This document shows, in pieces, positions 1-27,186 of a stretch of 64,000 nucleotides of DNA (the stretch's first letter is position 1; every line of letters begins with the position of its first letter). Both the position numbers and the translations under genes were made by a program. The notes below the pieces were generated by a model. It was not told the DNA's origin and made no database searches. It worked only from the letters and a program-made list of their open reading frames with translations. Source of the DNA: Phallusia mammillata (Eukaryota); the NCBI GenBank assembly GCA_965637545.1, contig OZ281501.1:18352001-18416000 (forward strand), in the 5' to 3' direction.

Positions 1-914
1 TAATCACTCTTTACCTCCCTCTAGCGGGCTTGAAATGAACTGTGAAATCGGTCGATTGGACGTTTTACCCAACTGCACAACACACAAAAACGCAAAACCC
101 GTTTATCTCTCGATTTAAACTCTAAATTGCTTTAAACCCCTGTGTTCTGCCCTGTATATATAAACCAACCTGCCCAAATTTCGGACCTTATATCTTGATC
201 ACACAAACAACCATTTTTGTTGACTCGTAAACGTGCATGGTGTTTCTCCTCATGACGTCATACTGATGATGTCACACTGCAAAACATAACCTGTGTGCGC
301 ATCTGTGTACCCGTATATATTGTCGATACGACTTTCTGACAAGTGCTGTCAATTTTTTCGTTTTCTGTTTTTTGAGCACATCTAAGTTTTGCAATAACCG
401 ACGACGTTCGCTAAATTTCACTTTGAAAATTTGTTACAAGTCTCTCAAATTGATCTTTTGGTGCAAAATTCAAATTACTTGTTCCCTTTTTTGTTTCGGC
501 TGCAAAAGTTTGTTTTAAAACTGCAGAAATTTTGTTGTTTACAATTTTTGAAACATTTTTGTTATTTTCCATTATTTTACATAACCCGTTGCTTCGTATG
601 TAACCGACTTACTACGTAATTTACTAAATCAGAAGCTCCCAAAAAACGATTCATTTATGTTAATCAATTGTTTTGTTAACACCTAAAGCAAAAAAATACA
701 CATAGCCTTTTTGCTCTAATAAATAACGTGTACTTGGATTTATATTAATTAACCAACCTTACAAATCAACCAAGTTTGCCCATCATTGGTTTCTGTGCCT
801 TTGATGCGTTTGTCGATTTCAATAAACCCAACTACAACCTCTGTTGTTTTGGATATTAAATGCTTCGAATTGTTAAACTCACGGGAAAGTTTTAAGCTTC
901 GCGACTCCTGTACT

Positions 915-1102
915 CAGTGTTGGATTAACCATTAGGCAAAGTAGGCGCGTGCCTACAGGCCAGTCAAAAATCCAGGCCACTTTAAAATCACACAATGATT
1001 TGGCAACACTGATCATTCTAATTTTTTAGTTGGCAACCCTGATTTTCGGGCCACTTATGAAATGTGCCTACAGGCCAGCAGACCCTAATTAGTCCGGCAC
1101 TG
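915..1102. mobile_element. hAT-family MITE
   Basis: TIRs CAGTGTTGGATTA / TAGTCCGGCACTG (differences consistent with CpG decay). 8-bp TSD CCTGTACT/ACTGTACT. Internal repeat GTGCCTACAGGCCAG occurs twice. Confidence 0.8.
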
Positions 1103-2199
1103 ACTGTACTATAGATGCAAGTATAATTTGTTATACTCGTAACAAGCAAAGGCATAAGTGGCAGTGTTTTTCAACCTAGTGGTAGTGCCTCAGCGAAACT
1201 ACTTAGAGTAAGTGTAAGGCATTAAAGTTAAAACAATATTTTTGCAAGCAGTGATGGTAGTACAAACTCCCCAAACTATGAAGCACAAATGTGACCAAGC
1301 GTAATGTCAGGCCCGAATCACCTAAGTTTTATATAAACTCAAGACCAAACCCTTAAAGTTTGGACCCAAAACTAAAACGTCGACAACAGCGCATACTTAG
1401 TTGAAATATTTCAACCAAAACGTTAATACAACCCTTACTTCTGACAAGTTTGGCGACTCTCCACCTCTCCCTAGTGGGCTTGATCTGTAAAAAATGTTTA
1501 ATTAAGCATTTCAACTGTTGGGACACAATTGCACATGTCATCCATCTTTTAGTCAATCTATCTTGTTCTGCTTGCCTTGTGATTAGTATTGTAAGGTACG
1601 TCGCGAAAAATTATGGTCATCGTCAAAAAACTGATCTGGATCGTGTTTTTGCTTTAGCTGAATGCAATTAGCCATTAAACTAAACCTTGTTCGAGTAAAT
1701 TAGCTGTGTTTTTTCGTTTGTAGATTGGCCTTTTTGTCGGTGCTTTAACTGGCATCGAGCGTCTACAAATACAGTTCGGGTTCAGTAAAGAATTTCCGTT
1801 TTAGCAATTTGGGTTTGACATCGGACCAAAGTGCAATGTTTAAGTTGCTTCAACAAAAAAAACATTTTCTAACTTTTTTCAAAAAAGGAATGTTTTGACC
1901 CATTTTCAACCTTTTCAGGTCTATTCAGTGCAGCTGTTTTTTGTAAATACTTAAACCGGGAAAGGACCTGTTTCTGATATTTTACTTCACAATCGACGAC
2001 GCTTTTTGCCAACCTATTCGTTTTTACAGCACATCGAAACGTGTATGCTTTTGTTTAAACAATTCGCTCTTTCGCTGACGCAGAAACAACATGGACAAAA
2101 TAAGTTTGGTCGCGCGCAGACAAGAAACTTTCGCTATCAAACTTTTACCAACTAAAATTAATTGCTAGTCTGAATAGGGGATTTCCCAAATAATGCAAA

Positions 2200-2600
2200 T
2201 TGTTTTAGCGCATTGGCTAAATTTTGCATAACAATCATTTTCGCGTAACGTCGTTAAAAATAAAACCTACAAAAACAGTTCATTAAAAGAGGTGGACTAA
2301 CATCTCGCATGTTGTGAAACGACGACGCCATTTATAAATTAATTTTAACATTCGACAGAATACATCATTTTCTTGAATATTTAATCACAAACAAACTTCT
2401 TAATAATTTTAAAACTTGGTAAAATATGGAACGATGTCCAAACACCAAATTTGTTTATTGGTGTCTGCGGTCGTCTTTGTTGCATAATTTAATATATCTA
2501 TGTGCGAAATACACGAATCGTGGTGAATAAAGGTGAGCTACTTGATTTTACGTCAGTCTATCTACCACACCCGGGATCGGCGAAATATGGCGATTACTAG
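2200..2600 (+). promoter_or_regulatory. Probable GNAS promoter and non-coding first exon
   Basis: CpG-rich island, YY1-like CGCCATTT (2326) and AAATATGGCG (2583), strong donor AAG|GTGAGC at 2532/2533. CpG depletion starts just downstream. The first coding exon has an acceptor at 7926, implying an upstream exon or trans-splicing. Confidence 0.5.
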
Positions 2601-5600
2601 CAACATTTTACACGTTGCGCTTTTAACTGAGTTATTTTCGATATTCTAGGTTATTTAACAGGCTATTTGCTGCTGAAGGAAAAGTATTGAGACATTGTCA
2701 GGCTTTAGCTTTTATATTTTTAATAGTTTGCAAGGTTAAAGGGTCAGAAAATTCATCTGTTTTCGATTTTTCCAAAGGGTGTTTCAGTTTTTTACTTCGA
2801 TCGGAATTATATCATCCATAAATGCCGACGTATTTTGAATTGTTTGTTCCAGTTTAAAAAGTTTGATCTGCATTTTGGGTGATTTGTTCACCTTAAGAAA
2901 TATTAGGACAAATATATCTCCAAAAATTGTTTGTTTGTTAATAACATATAAAATAACCAGATTAGTACAAACCCTAATGTTTATTTGCTGAAATGTAGAT
3001 TAGTGGTTTAAATACATCTAATAACAGGCAACTTGGACATAAATCACAACACCATAATATTTTTTAGAGTAATCCCACTAACGAATAATCCTAAAATATT
3101 TTGCCTGCAATCTATGATTCAACTGTTTATGTTATTTGATACCAAAAATCCTTTACATTCTCTGACTGTGAACTTCAGTGACAGGGCACGAAAGAGAAGT
3201 TATGACATTAAATATTAGAACAATATAAGTGTGTTTTAAAAGTTTCAAAAGTGCATGAAAAACAGTGTATTATGTGTGGTTAAGAGAAAATGTTTTATTC
3301 ATGCAAACTAAATTGACATGTTTATTTATTTTATTCTTACGCTTTTCTGTTCTATATGGTTTAATAGTAGCCATCTTTTTATTCATTGAAGTTACTGTAA
3401 CTTGTGTTTTTTATGTCTTAAATCAGTTTTACAGAAAATTTTGTAGTTCGTTATTAGTGTTAATATTAAGAATTTTGTGCAACTTATGCTAACCATTCGT
3501 AACTAAGTGCAAGATAAAATAAATGTTGTTAGAAATGCCTTGTCATTATTTAAATATATGCAATATTGTTTCAAACAGTGACTTTGCAAAATGAAGCTAA
3601 AAATAACTGAAATTTACTGTTTTATACCATGGTGAAAGTCACTATTTTTGGTAATATTCTCTACTCGAGTGAAATGTTTAATTTATGGACAGTAGCAAAC
3701 CACTACAAAGTGCCAAAAATACAGTTTGCAATTTTACCCAGCAAAAATTACATTTTCCCATTGTTTCTTACGTTAATGGTATGTGTGTAATCTTGCCGGA
3801 AAATATGTTTTTTCTGTCATTTTCGCATATATATTACTTGAACGCCTTACATTTTTTGTAAAAGAGCTTTTTATTGGCAAAAGTCATTTATGTACACACT
3901 GAAATATATTTTTTATTTTTTGAAGGAAGGCTATTTGTTTTTTCCACCTTTTTGAGATTTGCCCCAATATCAATTTAATGATATAAAGCTTTCTGATTTT
4001 ACCAAATTGTTGTATTTTTGTGTGGACACTAGTTGTAAAAATACATATCATTACCAATTTATTGATTATAGCTAGCTGTGTTGTCTTCAACTTTAGTGCA
4101 ACGCATGAATACTCGAACTGCCATTAATCTTTTGCGCTATTTTTAAACACTGTGTGGTAATTATACAACACTTGCAAACTCATTAAAGTAATGTGACATC
4201 AGTAATGTTAATTTAATAGCACAAATCATGTTCCATCTAGTCTTGATACATTTTGTTCATCAAAAAATGTTGCAATTTAGGTCCCACATGTAATGTGCAG
4301 GTTAGAACAATGTATAGGCTACAATCGATTTAATTTTGACTTGCAGAGTAAAAAAAATCTAGTCTTAAGACTTATTTGGTGGTCTGAGCATCAATGAAAA
4401 GTAAGCATTAATTTTTCTTTAGTCAACACAAGTGCTTTTTATCCACACGAAAACCCTCTATTTTGTTTTCCCCTTTTCAAAATTTAAATAACATGTGTAA
4501 ACCACAAATCTAAATGAAAGATCTCTTTGTCAACCTTTAGCTATAAATAGCATAAGCAGAGGATAGCTGCATACTTTATGCGGTAGTGTATGGGATTTCC
4601 AGGTAATAAAAGAAAGTAGGTTAGCCTGACTAGCTTACTAACACGTCAGGCTTGTTCCTTTATGTGCAGTGGGTGTGAAGTAACATTTACTTGTCTTCTT
4701 ATATCATTAGTTGTATATTGTCACAATTTGTTGACCATGTCAAGATTTAATCGCTATTATTGCCATGTTGTTTAATTTGTTTTCGACAGTTGGTAAGGAA
4801 AAAGTTTACAGGTTTGGTAAATCAGCAAAAAATGCACTACATCTTTAACAGTCATATCCAGTTACTGGACAGAAATGGGTATAGGGTAGGTTTGCAAAAT
4901 AGTTGAACTATATTCTATACATTTTAATTTGTTTGTAAATGGTATTCCAAGGCAAAAAAGGTACAAGACCTAAAACAGTCTAGTAACAGTGTTGTATATG
5001 CAGAACCTAAACTGGTCAAACAGGTACATGACATTTTTGCCAGTATCCTTTGGTCATTTGTGGTAATGTGTACTGACATTACACCAAACTGTAATTTTAT
5101 GAAAAAGACCTCACCACAAGTAGTATGTCTATGTATGTACATATTTGCGCCAATAGAATAGCCCACTTAGATGTAACCTTTCTTTTTTAAGAATATTATG
5201 CTAACATTGTCTTTAGATACAACTATTGGAGTGGTGTGAAATATTGGTTTGTTCATCAGATTTTAGACCACTGCTAATCAGGTTTAATATCAAAACAAAT
5301 TTGTTCTTGTTTTCCAGGTTTAGTAAGGCTATATTTGCATGAATTCAGCTGTTTGGGACCAGTTCATAATCTGATGGATTGCTAATGATCATAACACCAT
5401 CAATTTATCATCCAAACAGAAGTCACACCGTCTTTACATTCATAAAGTCAAGTTTTAGCCAAGATTGCTTCCAGTACTTTACTGGACCGCCATTAGGTGA
5501 AAAGCCAGTGCTATCTGTGTTGTGCCCTGTTCATGGGTGTGTTCCTTCTGATACTTCGTCCTTAGAAAGGTATGTTTATACTGTCCCATTGATAATGGTT

Positions 5601-6956
5601 GGCACCACAAGGAACCCTGCCTTTCGCCATAAGAATCTTTGCTTGGCTTATTTGCGCTGTCACTGTTAGCGTTCATCTGACATTATACAATGTGATTGTG
5701 CCCTTGAACTGCTGGTAATGGGAGCAATTGCCTATAAGCTCACATTCTTACCAAATCAATGTAAATGCTATGGGGACATTGGCTCATGTAGTAAGCAATT
5801 ATGCTAATGGTATGTTTGCTTGGCTAACACATAAAACAGGAATTTTGTGCTATAAATGAAGCATGATATTCACAGTCACATACTCAGTTGTGTCAACTAA
5901 ACTGTCCTATTGGCCAGTGATTACTTATTAGCCTCAGATCAGCTGGTGCTTTACATTCAATTATTGCTCTAATATTATTCTCAACACTATACTGCCAAAT
6001 GTCATAAAAATAAGATGCATACCACTTGTTCTACATTGTCTTACAAAAGTATGTTTTGTGTGTGGAAGAACTGTGAAAATCATTCCAGACAAATTAAAGT
6101 ATGAAAGTGTCTGATTTTCTGTTTAAAATGTTGAAAAAATAATTGATGAAAGCCGAAAACGGAAGCAAATAGAAACAGTTTTGTACTTATAGTCAACATT
6201 TAAAAAGGTAGAACTATTGTTAAAAATGTGCCACCTTCCTTAGTCAGTTTAAGCTTGTATCCAATAACTGATCTACTTGTGAAGATAGATGTTATTAATG
6301 TAAAAAACTATAGATTTAATTCTAGTTGGTGTAACATTAGAGGAGGACAGTATGACAGTAAAAAGATGTCGCAAGTTTTGTGGATTGTGTGTATGCGACA
6401 AAGCTATGCTGTTAATAGAAAAAAGAAGGTTTACACTTGCCACCCAACCTTTTGAACTTAAAAGTTAATTTGTCAAATTTTTGGTTTTCATCAGATTTTA
6501 AAATGCAGTTATGTGATTCTGGTTCAGTTAAAATATGGTAGCACTGTTCTAAAAGAGCTTGTTATTGGGAGAATTTACAAAAGTGGTACTGTTAAAGTGC
6601 AATGCAAAAACTTAATTTTGTGAGAACTATATTTAAAATCTTCATTTTAAATCCTAGATTGAATATGCATATATTTATATTAATATTTGTTCGGTACTTG
6701 GAGTTACACAGTTTTATTTTTGTCTGTATAGAGAAGAAAAAAAACGATTTTCACCTAAATAAGATAGCTAGCTTTTGTTGAAGCCAACTGAACCAGCCAG
6801 CAAAGTCAGTTAAAGAACCAAAAGCATTTTTGTGTGTGTTTATAAAGCAGAATTGCTTCCAAAGGCAGAAAAGAACATTGCAGTTGTAAACATCACAGAG
6901 AAAAAATGTAAGCCTTAAATATAGTTTCTGCTTACCAGTGAAGGATTGTATTAGAC

Positions 6957-7581
6957 CAGTGGTTCTTAACCTTTCACGGACCGTGGCCTCCTAAAAGAAT
7001 ATTTTGGGCCTCATGGCCCCCTTTAAATAACAATGTAAGATTTGTGGCCTCCTGCAAAAAGTTTAAATGGCAAACTCGTGTTGAAATTCTATATTAAATT
7101 CGGATTTAAACAAGTCGAATAGAGTAAACAACAAACTGTAATCATGACAAACCTCAATATGGATAAAGAGTGTTAGGGAATAAAGATGTTTGCAGCACAC
7201 ACTCAATTCTGTGCAATAGAAAAGAAAATCACTCACTGATTTTTAGTGGATGTTTCTGGCCAGTCTGCAGAACATGGCAGTTCCCGACGAGATCTCGTGC
7301 GTGCAGGACCAAGATGTCCCGCATGCGCGTGTGCACGACCCATAAGTCTGCGTGCAAGGCCAATTTCAGCAGGCGCAAAACAAGTAAAAGTGGTCAAAGC
7401 AGTGCAATTTAATGCCTTTCGTGCGAAATTTCCATGTGCTACCCCCTAAAATTGGCGTGCAAAAATTTCTTTTCAAAAAATAATCGTGCATGCAGCTGCC
7501 ACACTCTGCAGACTGGGCTTCTGGTGAAACTACAGCTTGTGCCCCCACTAGAGGGCCGAGGTCCCCGGTTGAGAACCCCTG
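6957..7581. mobile_element. hAT (Charlie/Buster-type) MITE
   Basis: TIRs CAGTGGTTCTTAACC / GGTTGAGAACCCCTG; perfect 8-bp TSD TATTAGAC. Confidence 0.92.
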
Positions 7582-7953
7582 TATTAGACTATACTTTCTT
7601 TGTTTCAAGATACAGTTCAAAATAAAACGTTGACAAAATTTATGCAATAACAATTGCCTGTAGACTTTTATATTCTACTAAATTATAATATTATACAATA
7701 CCCTTAAACACAGCCTTACACTTCACGATAACAAGCCACCCTCAAATGATGTTTTTGAACATGTTTTGTGTGCTTTTGATTCAAAAAATGGTCAGCCCAT
7801 GTCCTTTTCTATCAGAATTTTTTTTTATTGTGGTGATGTACAAAATATTGCGCGTATTCTATTTAAATGCTATAGTAAAATTGAACATGGTGCATTACCG
7901 TTATACGCAGCGTTTTACTTTTGCAGGTGTGCACATTGAAAAGTAGCATGCCC

Positions 7954-22156
<14,203 letters not shown>

Positions 22157-23703
22157 CGTGTGAGGCGGCTACGTCATCATCAAGATCGCTATGCCGCGAT
22201 TCCGTGCCCCCCCTGACACTCTAGCCAGAGAACCGGACATGTCTGCGCATCATAGACACACAGCGGGAAAAAAGGGCGACCTCGTGCGGATGCGCCACCC
22301 TCACTGTTTCTTTTCGCCCGAAGTGGCCCACGGGGGTGCTTGGGGAAACCCCACCGAACCCCCCTTGTTCTAGTTTTGGCCGCATTGTGTGTTCTTCGGG
22401 GAGTACCCTACAACGCAACTACCACCCCTCCCCCCTTTCTGCTGGAGCCGCCGGGAAAACCCCAGCTTCATCCCCCTCACCCAACCCCCCCTGTTCTGTA
22501 TTTATTTTAGAGATGAACTTAATTGTTGTCGAAGCGCGACTCAGCACGCCCCCAGTGGCCGGTTTTTCTGAATCCTGTCTCCCGCTAGCTGGCTTCTTTC
22601 TATCTGTAGCGCCCAGTGATTGATTTTGTTGCTTTACTTTTTCCGGTTTCAAACAACTTCGTTTTCCGACGAGAACTATGCGCAAAAAATCCGGCGTGGT
22701 TGAGATTGACCTCGAGTGACCCCGCCACGCCCACTCCCATTTCAACCAATCACAGCTTTCCGAATTTTCCTCCCGTTGTTCATCGCTAGGGTATCTCGGC
22801 ATCGGAAAGCATAATCACTTTTTATTACTATTATTATTCTTATTATTATTGTTGCTAGTTGCATTTCGCGCGCCCGGCTCCCGATCACGTGTTGATGACG
22901 TCACAAACAGTGCGCGTTGGGCGATTGTGTACGGACAATTGTTTGCTTGTTTTCTTTATTTCCCCCCTCTCTTACTACTTACTATTATTATTTTTATTTG
23001 CGTAGTCGAATTGTGGAACGCGTTTGCCGCCCGCGCGGCCCCCTCCCCCCAAAAACAACACACGTGACCCACTTCGCCCGAAACAAACAAAAAAACGACG
23101 AAAAACCGGAAAAATACACAAAACCTGATGTCGTTACTATAGCAACGCGCGGTGCTGGAATCCTTACCACTTGGTGCCGCCCTCGCAGTTCACTCCGATC
23201 CGGACCAGTAGCACCCACACATCAACGCACACCACTCCCCAGAGTTTCTTGTCCTCGTGGGGCCCCGCCTACGTCACAGTGGCGTTTGTGACGTAATAAG
23301 GAAGGCCCAAGTTTTTCTTTTCCCCTTTTTTCCCTCTCCTTTTTTAAATTTACTGTAATTAGGGTCCACTTCAGGATGCGGCGAGTCTATGAAACGAAAA
23401 AAGTTTTGACCAACAAACCGGCTGATGTTTTTGTTTTTCATTAGCAGTTTGAGCCTCAAAAGAATATGAGAAAGTTGAGTAGAAAATGAAGTTGAGGCTG
23501 TTCGTGTATTTCCACTAGATGCTTTTGTGTTTCATTAGTAATCTGAACCTCAGAATATGTGGAAGTTAAGAATTAGACAGTAGAAGGACATTACATCTGT
23601 TGGTATATATTCCACTAGAAGCTTGTACTATGAAATAACTTTAACTGTTTTACCAACTTCCACTTGCACTATGATTTAAAACGAGAAGCTGCGTGCCAAC
23701 AAG

Positions 23704-23709
23704 AATAAA
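23704..23709 (+). terminator. Candidate GNAS polyadenylation signal
   Basis: First AATAAA I found downstream of the stop, implying a 3'UTR of about 1.55 kb. Confidence 0.4.
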
Positions 23710-24458
23710 CTGAGACATTGTATGAGTAAATCTCGCACAGTTCGCTTAGGATTTAACGAAACGCCCATTCCAGCTTCACAAGCTCTGTAGGCTGCTGTAG
23801 GTATAGTTTTATTGTGGAGCTAGAAATTGACCGAATGGTCCAGGTCCGGTACCTTGAAAAGAAAACAATGTATCTGATGACGATAGGCCTTTCTAGCCAC
23901 ACTCGTATAGAAATGTTCCCATTTGTATTGAAAATAGAGAATCATAATGCTAAGCTCGGTAACCAACCGCAATAATTTCGAAATTAAAATTGTCAATTTA
24001 GTCGTAAACTTTGGTATGATTCTTATAGGTGGGTCCCAGCAGTAGGCTTGTAGCATGTATTCCCCTTCTGTGCGGGGGCAGTCCGAGGCACGTGACAAAC
24101 AGGTATAGAAAACCTAAACGGGGTTCGTACCCCGGAGCGAGGTGGGTTCAAATCAGCGACAAGTACAAAACAAGACTTCATAAAATCTTCTCTAACTGCT
24201 TATTACAAATTAAACCACCATACCAAGCATGTTAATGAAGACGTCACAGACTTCAAAAAGTCTCTAGTCGGCATAAACCTAACAAATATTATCGGCAAAT
24301 ATTGAAGTAAGCTGGCTGTGGAAGATTTAACACAAATCCTTCAGAGGAAAAGTAGGCTTTGGTTAAATAATAAAAACTTTTTTCTGTGTCAATTAATCGT
24401 GCCTTGTTTACAAGACCTACCAATAGCAGTAGTCTATTATGAGGAAATTGGCTTAGTC

Positions 24459-24931
24459 CAGTGGTTCTTAACCTTTTTGGTGTGGTTTTCCACTAAAGTA
24501 AATCACCAAGTTCAAATTTCCCCCTCAACAAACATTTTTTACTTGGTTGGGACCTTAAAGGTATACTGCAATCTTATTTAGTTTGAATTGTTATTTCATG
24601 AGAAAGTAAAATCGTGTGGAATTTTGAAAAATCCCGTGTGCTTGCGTTAGTCATTTATTGCATCACAATAAACAGATCAAATGGATTTATTTGCGAACAA
24701 TAACAGGGTCATTGATACTTTTAGTAATTTCTGTGACGTAACAAACGATTTTTGGATTTTTATGCGCCTTGTTAAACTAGGTGATCTTAATCTTACATGT
24801 TGTTGCGGAAAATATTGTATTAAATTAATTTTCAACGGTTAATTTCAACCCACGGGCCCGAGTTTGGTGACTTCTGACTCACATAATTTCCCTCTAAAAT
24901 CATTAAATTTCCCACCGGTTAAGAACCACTG
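24459..24931. mobile_element. hAT (Charlie/Buster-type) MITE
   Basis: Perfect 15-bp TIRs CAGTGGTTCTTAACC; TSD GCTTAGTC/GCTTAGCC. Confidence 0.9.
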
Positions 24932-25769
24932 GCTTAGCCTATATTTTGCAAAGCCTTTGAGACAATAAATGTTTACCTTGAGGCACGAGTTTTAAAGCAA
25001 TGCTTCTTAACCTTCTTATGAGACGTAAAAATGTCATTGCCAAACTTTTGGTGTTTTTGTAAAGGATAAAATTTTATCATACGTTTTATATAAAACGGTC
25101 CGCAAAGCAGATACGGTTACCGACCCCTGGTATAGGTAGTGACCTACCAAGACGGATCAGGTTTAAGCACCTTTGGGTTGTCCAATAGGTAGGCTATAGT
25201 GGTAGCTTTTCACTGGAGTGTGATTGGGTGGCGAGCTAAGCAAACAAAACAGCAGAAATTATTGTGGTAGGCTACTATTGCAATATTTGCATAACCTACA
25301 TATCGACGACGCAGTTTTAATGGAAAAATCCGATTTAAATGCTGAGAAAGCACTGGAAATTCGGCTTAAAATATTTCTGTTGGTTCACATTCCTTTAATG
25401 CCCCAAGCACCTTCCTAATTTGCTTAATGGTTAACGAAGAACTGATATATGAGGTGGTCGCGTACTCCACAGACTCACATAGTTACGCAGACTCGAAGAA
25501 AACCCCCGTAGTTAAATGTGAATTAGTAAATAGGTTTTGGTTATTGAGCTTTAGGTGAATGAAAAAAGTTTTATTTCATTGCGATTAACGTATCCAAACT
25601 TGTATTTTCGATTTTTGCAATGAATGCTGCACATAAACGGAACTTATTTGAACTCGTTGCATTCCCCCCTTAAAATGTGTGTTTTATCGTGCACCAATTA
25701 GTATAACTTTTCATGTTACCCAACACGTGCCTCACTTTACTAAGGAAACAATATTTTAATTCAAGTGAG

Positions 25770-26310
25770 CCCGCTAAAATTTTGGGCGGCCAGACATTTC
25801 CTTTGTCAGTCACCATCAAACTTTTCTCGCAAAACCGTTTGCCGCCAGGCGCAACTTGCCTTTGCGAAAAATACTTAATCATTCAGCAATCCTGAAGTCT
25901 AACATTTTGTCCAGTAGGCAAAGTGTCCAATTGTGCATTTTTAAATTTGCTTGCAAAGGAACAAATCTACAATTTGGTGCAGTTGGGCGGTTTAGTCGAG
26001 CGGCAAAACACGAATGCTGTCTCTGCCGCGTAAACTGCGTCATGCTCTGACGTAACAGATCAGCTGGTCGGGGAGGTTGGCGCCGGCGCCAGAGTTTTGC
26101 GCGCCTCAACTAATCAATGGACGAGATAACTCGGCGAGGAGGGACCTGTCTTCTTTCGAATTTCTTGCAACGTGCAGTGACGTGCTGTGAAAAAAACCTA
26201 AATCATGTGTTCTGTTGAGAGCTAGGAAAAGACAAATGAACAAGAAACTGCCAAAACTTGCCGAATTTCAACCAAATTCTGTTGTTACTAGAGGTGTGGA
26301 TTTTTTAAAG
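25770..26310 (+). promoter_or_regulatory. Cyclin E main promoter with E2F-type sites and non-coding exon 1
   Basis: CpG island with TTTGCCGC (25838), TTGGCGCC (26077), TGACGT elements and donor AAG|GTAAAC at 26310/26311. Cyclin E is a canonical E2F target. Confidence 0.65.
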
Positions 26311-27186
26311 GTAAACTTCGTATTTTTATACTTGTTTTAGTTATTTTATGTGTTTCTAAATGCAAGTTGGAAACTAGCATGTTTCTTTGCTCTGTGTATC
26401 TTGTAAGAACATGTGGCTGAGATTGCAATAAGAGTTTGTGGGAAATATGGTTTTGTATGTCCATAAACTTTACACCATGTTGTGTATACAGTATATTGTA
26501 TGAATAAATATTTTTTGTATGCTTACGAATGGTATTGTTTGATCCCAAATGATTTTCCCATAGGTTAAGTATGTAATATATGGATTTGGTGAATCATTCA
26601 GCATTACACTTTTTTAGTTTAAAGACTTATTTTATGTTCTTGCCCTATTGCAACATAATTTATTTGCTGGTCTATCTAAACAAGAGATAGTGTAGCCATG
26701 TTAGTTGCTTAAATACACCTACAAGAATAAAAATGAAAAGTTATGTATAGCTTTCAATTGGTCAAGGCAAACATTCGATTTGAAACTGTTGCATCAATTT
26801 CATATGAATTGAAGTGTTTAATTTAAAACAGCAATAGCTTGTTAGTAATTCTTCAATTTTCATTATTATGAACTCATTTCAAGCAATACATATCAACTTC
26901 TATTGCTTGCAATAAGGACAAATACTTCATCAAAAAATGACACCATTTTGTGATGGTAAACATAGGTATTTTTGTTGATCGTCTTTGCCCCAAAACCTTT
27001 AAAGTTTAACATGATTGTTATAGATTAGAAATGCAGAAGTTTCAACAATATAATGAATGGATGCAATATATACATGGCAATGACATTTAGATTTATCACT
27101 ATGCTAGTTGTGGTGATGTGGTGATGTGGTCATACCAAAATGCTTTTTTTTACAGAAAGCGAAAGCACGTGCAGCGAAATCATAAA

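Noticed and set aside
1-1700. 5' exons of a minus-strand gene, and an ACTCT..ACCTC...CTAG.GGGCTTGA motif at about 6 and 1456
   Set aside because: Donor-like sites exist but no recognisable coding sequence or consistent exon chain could be built.
7170-7653. Overlapping ORFs as a transposase
   Set aside because: They lie inside a 625-bp MITE and show no hAT transposase motifs.
2427-7947. XL-alpha-s-like N-terminal extension from upstream exons
   Set aside because: Both candidate upstream exons (ending 2532 and 5569) have in-frame stops just before the donor in the required phase.
22191-23459. Cluster of 60-127 aa ORFs after the GNAS stop
   Set aside because: Explained by GC-rich 3'UTR; overlapping on both strands with no recognisable domain.
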